In this document: piece by piece, positions 37,675 to 48,831 of the stretch
How positions within the stretch are numbered: the stretch's first letter is position 1
Layout of the letters: every line of letters starts with the position of its first letter
Source: an uncultured Chloroflexia bacterium
GTDB lineage: Bacteria; Chloroflexota; Limnocylindria; Limnocylindrales; CSP1-4
Direction of reading: 5' to 3'
Length of the DNA stretch: 64,000 nucleotides
Assembly (NCBI GenBank): GCA_963724635.1
Contig: CAVRVI010000011.1
Coordinates: 10,054-74,053 of the forward strand
The notes under the pieces: generated by a model
Seen by the model: only the letters and a program-made list of their open reading frames with translations
Database searches by the model: none
What the model was told of the DNA's origin: nothing
Position numbers and translations under genes: made by a program

Positions 37675-38675
37675 TCAGCGTGCCAGACTCGGACGCACTG
37701 TTCCAGTCCCCCGGTCGGCCGGTCTCGTTGCACCGAACGTCCCGGCCACTTCGACCGTCCATGCGGCAGCTCGCCAGGCCGGACACGCCCCGATGAGCAC
37801 CAGTCCGCCGATCCATAGGGCCACGAAAGGCACGAGCAGGGCGATCGTGACGGATGGACGCCGCTCCCGGTCGTGAGCGATGCCTCGCAGGCCGTCCCAG
37901 GTCGTCGCCGCCGCGGCCGCGGACGGGATCAGCACCGCGAGCAGGACCGCGAGCGGCCCGAAGGCCGAGCGCGATGGCCACGGATCGGGATGGCGGACCG
38001 TCCGGCGGACTGCCCCGGACCAGGGCCCGGCCGATCGTCGATGCTCCGCCGAGCACGACGCGTCGAGCCGCGATGGACCCGACGATATCGCCGATCGAGC
38101 CAGGCACGATGACGATGGCGACCACCGCCTCCGGGGCGGCGACGCACGATCCGGATCACGATGGGGGTCAGCACGTCCGAGGGCACGGTGAGCTCGCGGT
38201 AGGCGACGGCCACGAGCCGGGTGATCCCCAGGCGAGCACGACCGCGAACGGCAGCAGCGCCACGAGCCGGACGACGAGGATCCGCAGCGCCACGCCTGGG
38301 CGCCCGCGGGGCGGGCCGGAGTGCCGCCCCGACGGTCGCGGCGATCTCCTCGTCCGTCGCGACGACCCCGATGATCTCCGCCTCGAGCGCCGCCGCCAGA
38401 CCAGCCTCCGATGACGAGCACGAGGCCGACGACCCCGAGGCTCACGCCGCCCACGAGCAGGACCAGCGCTCGTCGAGCCGCCGGCGAAGACCACCGTCGT
38501 GATCGCCGGGGCCAGGAAGTTCGCCAGCCCGACCGCGCTCGGCAGCACGACGATCGGCGCCAGGACGAGGAGGATGCCACCGCGGACGAGGAAGGCGGCC
38601 AGGGCGAGTGGCCCAGGTGGCCGGTCGGACGAGCGTGACGAGGAACGACGCGAGGAGCGCCGCCCCGATGCTCAT
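37675..38675 (-). pseudogene. Polytopic membrane protein, at least 6 frame changes as sequenced
   Basis: Hydrophobic segments are scattered over all three minus frames: MSIGAALLASFLVTLV / PLALAAFLVRGGILLVLAPIVVLPSAVGLANFLAPAITTVVFAGG / LVLLVGGVSLGVVGLVLVIGG / ALRILVVRLVALLPFAVVLAW / VAIVIVPGSIGDIVGS / FGPLAVLLAVLIPSAAA...LLVPFVALWIGGLVLIGA. The ATG overlaps the UPF0182 stop (ATGA). Confidence 0.5.
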
Positions 38676-41600
38676 GGGGCGGGGCTGGACGATGCCCCGG
38701 GCGCCGGCAGGCCGAGGTCCGGGGCCAGCTCGTCGAGCCGCTGGAGCGCGGCGTCGACCGCGAGCGATCTCCTCACCATAGCGGGCGAAATCGCCGTTGC
38801 GGAGCGCTTCCTGCGCGAGGTCGAAGTGGGTCTTCGCGTACGTGATCAGGCCGACGACGTCGTTCGGGAGCGGTTCCTGGGGTCCCGTCGTGGGCCGTGG
38901 CGTCGGCGACGCGCCGGGCGCCGGCGTCGGGGTCGCGCCTGGCGACGGCGCCGGCAACCCTCCGCCGTTCCCGTTCTCGGCCTCGAGCAGCAGGCGCAGC
39001 GACTCGCTCAGCGTCTCGGCCCAGACCACTTGCCGCGGCGAGGCCACGATGATCCGGCGGAACTCCGGGAACGCCGACCCGGTGGATTGCAGGTACACGG
39101 GCTGCAGGTAGAGCAGGGAATCGCCGACCGGGACGACGATGAGATTGCCCCGGATGACCGAGGAGCCGGACTGGTTCCACAGCGTGAACTGCTGGCTGAT
39201 GATCGGGTCCTGGTCGATGCGCGACTCGATCTGTCCGGGCCCGAAGATCGTCGTGTCCGCCGGGAATCGATAGGCCCGCGTCGTGCCGTAGTTCGGCGCA
39301 TCCATCCGGGCCGCGACCCAGGCGATCATGTTCGACCGGCCGACCGGGACCATGGGCTGGAGGAGCAGGAACTCCGCCTTCGGCTCGCCCGGCATGCGCA
39401 TGACACGTAGTACGCCTCGGACGGCAGCGTCTGCTAGCTGCCGCCCTGGTCGGTCGGGACCGTCCACAGGTCGTTGCCCGAGAAGAAGCGCTCCGTATCG
39501 GTCACGTGGTAGCGACCGAACATCCGTGGTCTGGATGTTGAACAGCTCCTCGGGCACGCGCAGGTGATCGGTCAGCCCGACCGGCAGCGATCGACAGCGG
39601 TTCGAACATCGACGGGAAGATGCCGCTGTAGGCCCGGATGATCGGATCGGATGGGTCCGACACGTAGAAATGCATCGTCCCGTCGTAGGCGTCCATCGTG
39701 ATCTTCACGCTGTTGCGGATGTAGTTGATCGAGCCCGTCGCGAACGCGGTCGACGTCAGCGTCGCCGGATCGAAGGACTGGGCGTCCGGGAATCGATCGC
39801 TCGTCGTGTACGCGTCCTGGACATAGACCAGCTTCCCGTCGTCATCGACCACGAGGTAGGGGTCCTTGTCGTAGCTGGAGGAACGGCGCGATGCGCGGCA
39901 GCCGATCCGCCAGGAAACGGTGCATCAGCAGCTGGCTCTCGGCCGTGACCTGATCGCTGATGAGCAGGTCGATGTCACGGAACCGTGCGGCGAACAGGAG
40001 CCGCATCAGGGTGGTGTCGAGCTTGATGCCGGTCGTGCCGGTCCACCGCGTCGACGTGCCGTCGCCGGCGGTGCCCTCACCCTCACCGGTCGGATAGTCG
40101 AACTCGTCCTGGCGGGCGCCGGTCGACGACGTATGAATTCGGCAGTTCCCCGAAGTAGATCCTGGGCTGCGTGATCGTCGGAGCGCCATCGGTCGACACT
40201 GGTGGCAGGTTGCTGATGAACAGGCGCGGCTGGCCTTCGTTGGCCACCTCGTTGACCGGGACCATCGCCACGCCGATGCCGTGGGTGTAGACGATCCGCT
40301 GGTTCACGAAACCCGTGGCGCCCTCGGACTGCGGTCGATGTGCGAGCTCGCGGCCGGACAGCATGACCTGGCGCTGGACCGACCGATCTGGTAGCGATCG
40401 GTGTCGACGTCGGGAACGTCGTAGTACCGGCGGATGATCTGGAGCTGGTTGAGGGTGTCGCCGAGCGGTCGGTAGTCCCACAGCCGGGCGTTGCGTGAAC
40501 GTGTCCGCGTCCTTGGCGATCATCTGGCGGGGTCAGGATCGCCTCACCCTGGAAGTTGCGGTCCTCCCAGGTGTCCAGCCCGAACGCCAGGCGCGTCATC
40601 GCGATGTTGTTCGCGATGTAGCGGTCCTCCTGGGCGAACTGGTTCGGCTTGACCGTGAAGCACTGGACGGCCTCCGGGTAGGCCCGGCCGATGATGATCG
40701 CGGCCAGGACCCAGACCGCCACCGTGAGGGCCAGCGGCCACATCATCCGGGTGAACGCGGCCCCGACGAGGAAGGCGGCGGCCAGGCCGGACAGGATCGT
40801 GAGCACGTCGTAGGCGAAGAACTGGGCGTTCTGGTCCGTGTAGGACGACGCCCGTCGCGATGCCCCGGACGCTGTACGAGAGCTCGTACTTGTCGAGCTG
40901 GTAGCCGAACGCGACCGACAGCAGGAACAGGCCACCCAGGACGCGCGAGATGGACGCGGACCGGGGTGATGAAGACGAGGCCGCCACGCATCGCCCCGAC
41001 GAGATAGCGCGCACCGACCACGATGAGCGTCGCGACGACGACCCCGTTGAACAGCGCCTGGACGAAGCGCAGGAAGGGCAGTTCGAACAGGAAGAAGCCG
41101 ATGTCGCGGTTGAAGATCGGGTCCACGACGGCAGTGGCGGTATCGGGCGAGAACGGGACCCGGTTCTGCCACAGCAGGACGGTCTCCCAGGCCGCGGCGA
41201 CGGTCCCCGCGATGGTCAGGGCGATCAGCACGCTGACCACGACCAGCACGACCTTGGCGACCGGCGTGAGATCGGGGATGTCCTCGGCTGCGAACGTGAC
41301 GGTCCGCGCTTCCTCCGGCTGGTAGCGCCGCCCGACTCCACTGCGCGCCTGGGCGCCCTGCTGCGCCGCCTCGTTGAGGCGGTCGAAGAGCGAGCTGAGC
41401 GAGGACGGACCGCGACCTGGTTCGCCCGGCGGCATCAGTCGACCGGCCAGCCACAGGTTGCCGAGCAGGATCCCGTCGTGACGAGCGCCGTGATCACGAA
41501 CAGGCCCGCCTGGGCACCGATGCGGGTCCAGAAGACGCTGTCGAACCCGACGCTCTGGTACCAGAGCGCGTCCGTCCAGATATCCAGCCCGACGCTCAGG

Positions 41601-41902
41601 AAGACGATCAGGCCGAAGAGGATCAGGCCGAAGGCGATCCAACCGAAGTGTCGTCCGCCGCCCCGATCGTCGTCATCGACGACGAGCCTGGGACGGCGCG
41701 GCGGCGAGGCCTCGTGTGGCGGCGGCGGTCGGCGTTCGTCGTCATCGGACGCGTCGTCGTCCTTGTCGTCGGGCGCGTCGTCGTCCGGGTCGGGACCCAC
41801 CGAGCGGGCGCGTTTCGGCGCGCCGGCATCGGGATCCTCGCCACGTGCGGCGGCCTCCCGGCGTCGAAGCTCCTCGAGAAAGTCGTCGAACAGGTCGCGC
41901 AT
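38672..41902 (-). pseudogene. UPF0182 family large membrane protein, at least 10 frame changes as sequenced
   Basis: Collinear family fragments span ORFs 41435..42112, 40743..41642, 40544..41014, 40006..41454, 40083..40523, 39842..40189, 39502..39852 and 38442..39557. Examples are DIWTDALWYQSVGF, VVDPIFNRDIGFFLFELPFL, NQFAQEDRYIANNIAMTRLAFGLD, YTHGIGVAMVPVNEV, MFGRYHVTDTERFF, FTLWNQSGSSVIRGNLIVVPVGDSLLYLQPVYLQS, DFARYGEEIA. Confidence 0.8.
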
Positions 41903-41976
41903 CAGTCCCGCGAGTCTAGCCGTTCCGAGCGGGAGGGTCCGCAGGCGCGATCCCCGGTCGCCCGGCTCGAGGCGTG

Positions 41977-42436
41977 TCAGGGACGCGACAGGCCCTCCAC
42001 GGCGCGACGGAACGCGGCAAGCACCGTATCGGCGAGTTCGTTGGGGCGCATCGTGGCGGCGCGCGCTGGCTCGAACCGGAAGGCCGCCCGGACCGCGAGG
42101 GGGGCGCGCCACGGGCGCGTCTCGTCATCAGGGGGGACCAGGCCCCCGACGCGGAGTTGCAGCCGACCGGCGTCCTCCAGGATCAGGCCGCTCAACGCTC
42201 CGGCGAGCGCCGGGCCCGAGTCGGGCCAGGGGTGGGTCGGGTGGCGGACCGGCGATCGGGGCGACGTCGCGGAACGAGATCACGCCTTCGTCATCGGTCA
42301 CCCAGAGCAGGGTGAGCCACCAGCCGTCGGGCGCATCCGAGGGGCGCGCCATCCCGGCGCGGTACAGCCGGTCGCCGATGCGGACCTCGTGCTCGCGCAG
42401 GAACGACGGGCCGGGTGGCGGCAGACGATCGGGCAC
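41977..42436 (-). pseudogene. Hypothetical protein, at least one frameshift near 42190-42240
   Basis: ORF 42128..42436 (VRIGDRLYRAGMARPSDAPDGWWLTLLWVTDDEGVISF) continues plausibly in ORF 41977..42195 (GLILEDAGRLQLRV...RFEPARAATMRPNELADTVLAAFRRAVEG). No family was recognised. Confidence 0.35.
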
Positions 42437-42493
42437 GGCCGAAGGATAGCGGCGCGCTCCCGGTCGGGCCGGGAACGGCTGGTGCGCGACGGA

Positions 42494-43132
42494 TCAGGCG
42501 GGCGGGGCGGCCTCGTCGGGAGCGACGGCATCCGCAGCGGGGCGGCGACGGCATCGGCAGCTGGGGCGGCGACGGCATCGGCGGACGCCGTCACGGACGC
42601 CGGGCCATCGGTGTCGGTGGCGAGGTCTGCCGTATCCAGGCGCTCATCGATCGAATCGAGGTCGGCGGACACCGCGTCGAGCTCCGCGACGACGGCGTCG
42701 GCCGCGGCGGCGTCCTCGGGCGTGGCCTCGGGGAGGCGGCCCTCGACCGTCGCCTCGGCACGGAGCGCATCGGCTTCGGCCTGAAGGTTGGCGACCTCGG
42801 CTTCGAGCTCCAGCCGCAGGATCTCCCGGCGGACCTCCAGGTCAGGCGGAGCGAGGGCCCCGGCGTCGGCCGCCGCGGCGGGCTCGTCCGGGTACTCGCC
42901 GCTGATCCACGAGAGCAGTCGATTGCGCGACTTCTTGACCGGCTCCTTGGCGCGCACGATGGCGGCGGCGTCGATGGACGTCAGTCCGGGCAGCGACGGG
43001 TTCGATGCGGCGTCCCCGGTCAGCGTCGCACCACACGACGGACAGTTCTCGGGATCGCCGGCATACGAGGCGGAACACCATGGGCAGATCGGAGGAGGTG
43101 GGCTCACCCCCGGAAGGCGCTTCGTCGACCAT
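42494..43132 (-). pseudogene. Zinc-ribbon + coiled-coil + AADAVAAP-repeat protein; a frameshift in the third repeat copy (about 42520-42538) and possibly one in the GGGGG run near 43108
   Basis: ICPWCSASYAGDPENCPSCG, coiled coil (EILRLELEAEVANLQAEADALRAE), acidic tail. Restoring one base gives AADAVAPDEAAPPA followed by TGA at 42496-42494. As written, the frame runs on to 42298 and into the next gene. Confidence 0.5.
42518..42582. repeat. 24-nt tandem repeat (GGGGCGGCGACGGCATCGGCAGCT) x2 plus a degenerate 23-nt third copy
   Basis: Copies lie at 42563-42582 (plus flank), 42539-42562, and 42518-42538 (one base short). It encodes AADAVAAP units on the minus strand. Confidence 0.7.
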
Positions 43133-43243
43133 GCCGGGAATGCTACCGCGCCGCCGGGGCCCCGGAATACCCCACAGGTCCGGGGTACCGGCACCGGCCG
43201 GACTACTCGCGCTCTACGTCCGCGAGGCCGGATCGGGCCCGCG

Positions 43244-45024
43244 TCACTCCCATTCGATGGTCGCCGGCGGCTTGGAACTGATGTCGTAGACGACCCGATT
43301 GACGCCCGGCACCTCGTTGACGATGCGTGACGAGATCTTGCCCAGGACGTCGTAGGGGAGCTTCGCCCAGTCGGCCGTCATGCCGTCCTCGCTCGTGACG
43401 GCGCGGATCGCGACGACGTTCGCGTACGTACGACCGTCGCCCATCACGCCGACGCTTTGGATCGGCGTGAGGATCGCGAAGCTCTGCCAGAGCGAGCGAT
43501 ACAGCCCTGCGCCCTTGATCTCGTCGATGACGATCCAGTCCGCCTCGCGGAGCGTGTCGAGCCGCTCCGCGGTGACCTCGCCGATGATCCGGATCGCGAG
43601 GCCCGGGCCCGGGAACGGCTGGCGCAGGACCATCGCGTCGGGCAGCCCGAGTTCCAGGCCCGACCTTGCGGACCTCGTCCTTGAACAGGTAGCGCAGTGG
43701 CTCGATGAGCTGGAAGCGCAGGTCTGCTGGCAGACCGCCCACGTTGTGGTGGGTCTTGATCTTCTGGGCGGCCTTGGTCTCCGAGGTCGCGCTTTCGATG
43801 ACGTCGGGATAGAGCGTGCCCTGGGTCAGGAAGTCGATGGCGCCGATCTTGAGCGCCTCTTCCTCGAAGACCCGGATGAACTCGTCGCCGATGATCTTGC
43901 GCTTCTGCTCGGGATCCTCGACGCCGGCGAGCCGGGCCAGGAAGCGCTCGCGCGCATCCACCATGACGAGGTTCATGCCGAGGTCGCGCTCGAAGGTCAC
44001 GCGCAGGAGCTCCGACTCCTTCTTGCGCATGAGCCCGTGGTCCACGTAGATGCAGGTCAGTCGATCGCCGACCGCGCGATGGACGAGCGCGGCCGCCACG
44101 GCCGAATCCACGCCGCCCGACAGCGCGCAGATGACCTTGCCGTCCGAGCCCGTCTGGGCCGCGTGTCGGTCGACCCGGTCGCGGATGCCGGCCACGGTCG
44201 TGTCGATGAAGTTGGCGGCCGTCCACGACGGGGTGACCCCGGCGATGCCGACCACGAAGTTGCGCAGGACGTCGCGACCGCGCGGGGTGTGGACCACTTC
44301 GGGATGGAACTGGATGCCGTAGAGGTGGCGGTCCGGGGCCGGCCAGTCCGGCGAACGGCGTCGAGTCCGTCTGGGCGAGGGAGGTGAAGCCTTCCGGCAG
44401 GCGCGTGATGGAGTCACCGTGGCTCATCCACACCGGCTGGTCGCGGTCCAGGCCGGCGAACAGGCTCGCGTCTGGGGCGGTGATGGTGACGCTGGCGGGG
44501 CCGTACTCGCGGTGGGCCGTGGGAAGGACGTCGCCGCCGAGCTCGTGGGCCATCAGCTGGGCGCCATAGCAGATGCCCAGGACGGGGATCCGGCCACTCC
44601 AGACGGCCGCGTCGGGCTTGGGCGCGCCGTCGTCGTACACGGACATGGGCCCGCCGGACAGGATGATGGCGCGGGTCCCGCGGCGTTCCAGTTCCTCGAA
44701 CGGGGTGTCGTGGGGCAGCAGCTCCGAGTAGACGTCCAGCTCGCGCACGCGCCGCGCGATCAACTGGGCGAACTGGCTGCCGAAGTCCAGCACGACGACC
44801 GGACCCGATGCGGTGGCCACGGACTCCGGGCCGCCTGGCCGGTCATCCGGGGAGCGCTCCGGCGCCGGGGCCTTGAGCGCGGTCTCGAGATACGCCTCCA
44901 CCTCGGCGTCATCGGGAGCGAGGACCCGGTGCCCGGCGTTCGCCGCCTCGCCGTGGACCGTCTTGCCACGTTGGGCGGGCTCCCGGTCGGGATGTGTGGT
45001 CGTTGACTCCTCGGTGTCCGCCAA
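43244..45024 (-). pseudogene. guaA: GMP synthase (glutamine-hydrolysing), two frameshifts (about 44335 and about 43660) as sequenced
   Basis: The GATase part (VVVLDFGSQFAQLIARRVRE, GICYGAQLM) is in ORF 43444..45024. The middle part ([34 protein letters not shown]) is in ORF 43203..44417. The C-terminal part ([13 protein letters not shown]...[11 protein letters not shown]) is in ORF 43244..43633. The true start is probably the GTG at 44820. Confidence 0.9.
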
Positions 45025-45111
45025 TGCCGCCCTCCGCTGCCGTCCGCCCGCCGGACACCAGTGTACCGGCCCGGGGCCGCTGGCTCCCGGGCCGGTGGGG
45101 ACGCCCGGCGT

Positions 45112-46057
45112 TCAGCCGCCGATGACCTCGCGGATGGCGTCCGCGACCGCGTCGGGCCGCTCGAACGGCATCTCGTGGGTCGCGCCATCGACCGTCACGA
45201 GCTTGCCGGCGGTGGACCTCGTCGCGAGCTCCTCCTGGAGTTCCCGGTAGATCCGTTCCATGGTCGCGCCAAGGGTCGCGTCGAAACCCTCCGTGACGCC
45301 ACTCGTATCGCCGGCCGCGAGGACGACGAGCGGGTCGTCCCCGAACCCGGATGTCCCGAGTGCCTGCGCCGCACTCTCGGCAAGGAGCAGGCCCTCGGGA
45401 TTCAGCGTGGGATCCTTCTCGAACCCCTCCGGATCCGTCCGGGTGGCATGGATGGCTTCCGGTTCCCCCGAGACTTCGGGCGGGAGTGCCTCGAGCGAGC
45501 GCTGGCTGAGGCCCGGCGGCCGGACATCGACGAAGACGGCACCGACGACGTCGTCCGGGTGCGCCGTCGGCATGCACCATCGCGTTCCAGCCCCCGACCG
45601 AGTAGCCCACGAGCACGTACGGAGGCGGCACGTTCGCGGCCGCCAGCAGGGCCCGCAGGTCGGCCACCTGGTCCTTCGTCGTCCGTCCGACCTCCGCCGG
45701 GGGGCTCTGCCCGTCGCCGGCGCGATCGTACGCGCAGGCCCGCGTGACGCCATCGAGTTCGTGGAGGACGTCGCTCCACTGGCCCGCATCACCACCCAGA
45801 CCGGACTCGAAGAGCACGGTGGGATGGCCGCTGTCGGTCGGGCCGACGCACAGCAGGTGCATCGTCCGGCCGCCGCCGATATCCAGGTCAGCGAGCAGGT
45901 CCTGGTGCCCGGACGGCGCCACGACCGCCGGCGCGATGGACGCCGCGGCGTCCTGGCTGGGCCGAGCGGACGACCCGCTCGTGGCCGTGCCCGTGCAGCC
46001 CGCGACGATGGCGAGGCATGTCGCGCTCGCTCCGAGGGCCGTTCCGAGTCGTCGCAT
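45112..46057 (-). pseudogene. Alpha/beta-hydrolase lipoprotein, one frameshift near 45560-45580
   Basis: Lipobox LAIVAGC, HPTVLFESGLGGD, nucleophile elbow VGYSVGG (ORF 44909..46186 frame). Then HPDDVVGAVFVDV ... DGATHEMP (ORF 45112..46215 frame). GGAGG lies 6 nt upstream of ATG 46057. Confidence 0.75.
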
Positions 46058-46232
46058 GTCGAAACCTCCGAGCCGGGTCGACGCTCTTCGTCGACCGATG
46101 CCGACAGCGTCCCGGACGGCGGCCGCCACGTCGTCGGGGCTGACGCGTCGATCGTGTCCGGGCTGGCCCTGACGCCACCGCGACACGGGTCCGTATCGTT
46201 GCGGTCGTCAGTCATGCCACAGGGAGGCCGCG

Positions 46233-46661
46233 ATGCGGTCAGGTCGCGCGCTCGTCGGGATCCTGCTGGTCGCCCTCACGGCCTGCGGCGGGACGGTCCC
46301 GACCGGCGCCCCCGATCCCGCGACGGGCTTCCCGATCGGCGTGTTCAGCAAGGAGATCGACGACCCGACCGGCGGTCGTGTCCGTCTGGACTGGATCTTC
46401 GGGCCGGATGGTCGATGGGCCGAGGTCCCGCTCCCGCTGGATGGCCAGCGACAACCGTCGCCGGTCGTCCGCGGCACGTACGTCGTCGATGGCGACACCC
46501 TCACGATCGCGACCTCCTGGCCGGACGGGTGGGGCACCAGCCAGCATCGCTGGCGACTGGACGGGGATGACCTCTGGACCGTCTTCCTGGCATCCGACGT
46601 TCCCGAGGACGCGGACTGGTTCGCCACCCTCGACACCAGGCCGTGGCGGCCGGCCGGATGA
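46233..46661 (+). CDS. Small lipoprotein, unknown function
   Basis: MRSGRALVGILLVALTACGG lipobox. AGGGAGG lies 5 nt upstream. The stop overlaps the next ATG (ATGA). Confidence 0.6.
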   Translation: MRSGRALVGILLVALTACGGTVPTGAPDPATGFPIGVFSKEIDDPTGGRVRLDWIFGPDGRWAEVPLPLDGQRQPSPVVRGTYVVDGDTLTIATSWPDGWGTSQHRWRLDGDDLWTVFLASDVPEDADWFATLDTRPWRPAG

Positions 46662-47047
46662 CCGAAGCGACGCTCCCGGGTCCCCGGGTCGTGATCGTCG
46701 ACGACCACGCCGGCTTCCGGGCGACTCTTCGGCGGCTACTGGAGGCCGACGGCTGGAGCGTCGTCGGGGAGGCGGCCGACGGCCGGTCGGCGATCGAGCT
46801 CGTCGAGCGCTCCGACCCGGACCTCGTGCTGCTCGACATCGGGCTTCCCGACATCGACGGATTCGCCGTGGCGAGGCACGTCGCCGACGGCCGCGGGACG
46901 GCGCCTCGCCCGGCGATCGTCCTGATCTCGAGCCGCGAGGCGGCCGCGTTCGGAGGGCGGCTCGCCGCGGCGCCGACACGCGGGTTCGTGTCGAAGGCCG
47001 ACCTCGACGGCGCCAGCCTCCGCGCCCTCCTGGCGACGCCGGCATGA
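46658..47047 (+). CDS. Single-domain response regulator (receiver only)
   Basis: VVIVDDH, phospho-acceptor context LVLLDIGLPDIDG, SK. There is no output domain. Confidence 0.85.
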   Translation: MTEATLPGPRVVIVDDHAGFRATLRRLLEADGWSVVGEAADGRSAIELVERSDPDLVLLDIGLPDIDGFAVARHVADGRGTAPRPAIVLISSREAAAFGGRLAAAPTRGFVSKADLDGASLRALLATPA

Positions 47048-48831
47048 CCCGCCGCAGGCCCGTCCGCCGCGTGGTCCTGGTCCTCATCGGGCTCGTCGCG
47101 CTCGTCGTGGGCCCGTGGGCCACCTCGCTCCTGACCCTGACGGCGGAACGCAGTCCAGCGCTGTTGCTCGCCGACGTGGCGGTCGGTTGGTCGATGATCG
47201 CAGCCGGCCTGGTCATCGCGGACCAGCGGCCCGGGAATCGGATCGGACCGCTGGCGATCCTCACCGGGTTCGCCTGGTTCGCCGGGGACCTCGCATCCGC
47301 CGACTCGGCCGTCGTGGCCTATGCGGGCATGGTCGTCCATGGCTGGTTCGATCCGCTGTTCGCGCTCGTGATCCTGGCCTACCCGTCAGGACACATCACG
47401 CGGCGCCCCGAGCGGTTGCTGGCGATCGGCTTCATCGTCGTCCAGGGCGCGTGGACCCTCGTCAAGGCCTATGCGCTGCGGCCGATCGCCTGGTGGTCGT
47501 GTCCGGACTGCCTCGCAACGGTCGACGGCTGGATCGACGGGCAGATCGCGATGGAGTGGCTCGGGCGCGTCGAGACCGCGGCGTTGACCGCGCTGAGCAT
47601 CGGCGTCCTCGTGCTCGTGCTCTCGCGCTGGCTGCAGGCCAGTGGCGCCGCGCGGCGGCGCCTCTCGCCGGTCGTCGTGGCCGGGGCCGTCCTCACGCTC
47701 GGGTTCACGGGCGGGTTCCTGCTCCAGACCGTGCTGCCGACGAGCGCCCGCACGTCCGAGGGAGAGCTGCGGGTCATCGTCCTGGCGATCCTTCGCATCG
47801 GCGTCGCCGTCGGGCTGCTCCTCGGCGTGCTCCGCGACACGGCGACCCGCGGCCGGATCGCCGACCTCGTCGTCTCCCTCGACACCCTCCCCTCGACCGG
47901 GGACCTCCAGTCGTCGTTGCGCGACGCGCTTGGTGACCCGTCCGTGGCCGTCTACCGCTGGGATCCCCGCCTCGCCGGCTGGCGCGATGCGACCGGGCGG
48001 CCCGCGGCTCCGCCACCGGACGACGACCGGCGCGCAGTCGTGACGATCGACGACGGTCCGGCTCCGGGTCTCGCCATCGCGCTGGATCCGGTCCTGCGCG
48101 ACGACCCCGGGCTGGTGGCCGCGGCCGTCGCCGCGGTCCGCCTTGCGGTCGAGAACGAGCGACTCCAGGCCGAGGTCCGCTCGCAGCTCGAGGACGTGCG
48201 GGCGTCGCGCGCTCGCATCGTGGAGGCCCAGGACACCGAGCGACGCCGTCTCGAGCGCGACCTGCACGACGGCGCGCAGCAGCGACTGGTCTCGCTCCAG
48301 CTGTCCCTGGGACTCCTGCGTCGGCAGCTCGGTCCCGACGCCGATCCGGCGACCCTCGCCGAGCTGGACGCGGCCGCCAGCGAAGCGCGCGAGGCGGTGA
48401 CCGAGATCCGGGAGCTGGCCCGCGGCGTGCACCCGGCCGTGCTCACGGAGGCTGGCCTGGGGCCCGCCCTGCGATCCCTCGCGGAACGGGCCTCCATCCC
48501 GGTCGACGTCCAGGTGGTCGACCTGCCCGACGGCACCACGCGGCTGCCGCCGGCGGTCGAGGCGACGGCCTACTTCGTCGTCGCCGAAGCGCTCACCAAT
48601 ACGGCCCGCTACGCCGAGGCTGGCTCTGCGTCGATCGCTGCGCGGCGGGATGGCGACGTCCTCATCGTCGAGGTCAGCGACGATGGGCGCGGCGGCGCCT
48701 CGCTCACCGGTGGATCCGGACTGGCCGGCCTGCGTGACCGGGTGACCGCGCTCGACGGGTCGTTCGTGCTGTCCAGTCCGCCGGGCGAGGGCACGCGCCT
48801 GATCGTGGAGTTGCCATGCGTATCGTCCTAG
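47044..48831 (+). CDS. Polytopic sensor histidine kinase, HisKA_3 (NarL-partner) type
   Basis: About 7 TM segments, H-box ERDLHDGAQQRL, N/G boxes EALTNTARYA and DDGRGG..GSGLAGLRDR. The ATGA start overlaps the upstream stop. Confidence 0.85.
   Translation: MTRRRPVRRVVLVLIGLVALVVGPWATSLLTLTAERSPALLLADVAVGWSMIAAGLVIADQRPGNRIGPLAILTGFAWFAGDLASADSAVVAYAGMVVHGWFDPLFALVILAYPSGHITRRPERLLAIGFIVVQGAWTLVKAYALRPIAWWSCPDCLATVDGWIDGQIAMEWLGRVETAALTALSIGVLVLVLSRWLQASGAARRRLSPVVVAGAVLTLGFTGGFLLQTVLPTSARTSEGELRVIVLAILRIGVAVGLLLGVLRDTATRGRIADLVVSLDTLPSTGDLQSSLRDALGDPSVAVYRWDPRLAGWRDATGRPAAPPPDDDRRAVVTIDDGPAPGLAIALDPVLRDDPGLVAAAVAAVRLAVENERLQAEVRSQLEDVRASRARIVEAQDTERRRLERDLHDGAQQRLVSLQLSLGLLRRQLGPDADPATLAELDAAASEAREAVTEIRELARGVHPAVLTEAGLGPALRSLAERASIPVDVQVVDLPDGTTRLPPAVEATAYFVVAEALTNTARYAEAGSASIAARRDGDVLIVEVSDDGRGGASLTGGSGLAGLRDRVTALDGSFVLSSPPGEGTRLIVELPCVSS

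Noticed and set aside
42298-42493. The C-terminal 65 codons of ORF 42298..43194, overlapping the next gene by 139 nt.
   Set aside because: The Arg/Pro/Ser-rich tail begins exactly at the one-base-short repeat copy. The corrected frame stops at 42494. I treated it as a frameshift run-on, not a real overlap.
44821-45024. A 68-aa N-terminal extension of GMP synthase from the ORF-track start.
   Set aside because: The extension (MADTEESTTTHPDREPAQRG...) has no counterpart in GuaA as I know it. An in-frame GTG at 44820, just before the conserved VVVLDFGSQ, is a more plausible start. I left the outer coordinate in the feature but flagged it.
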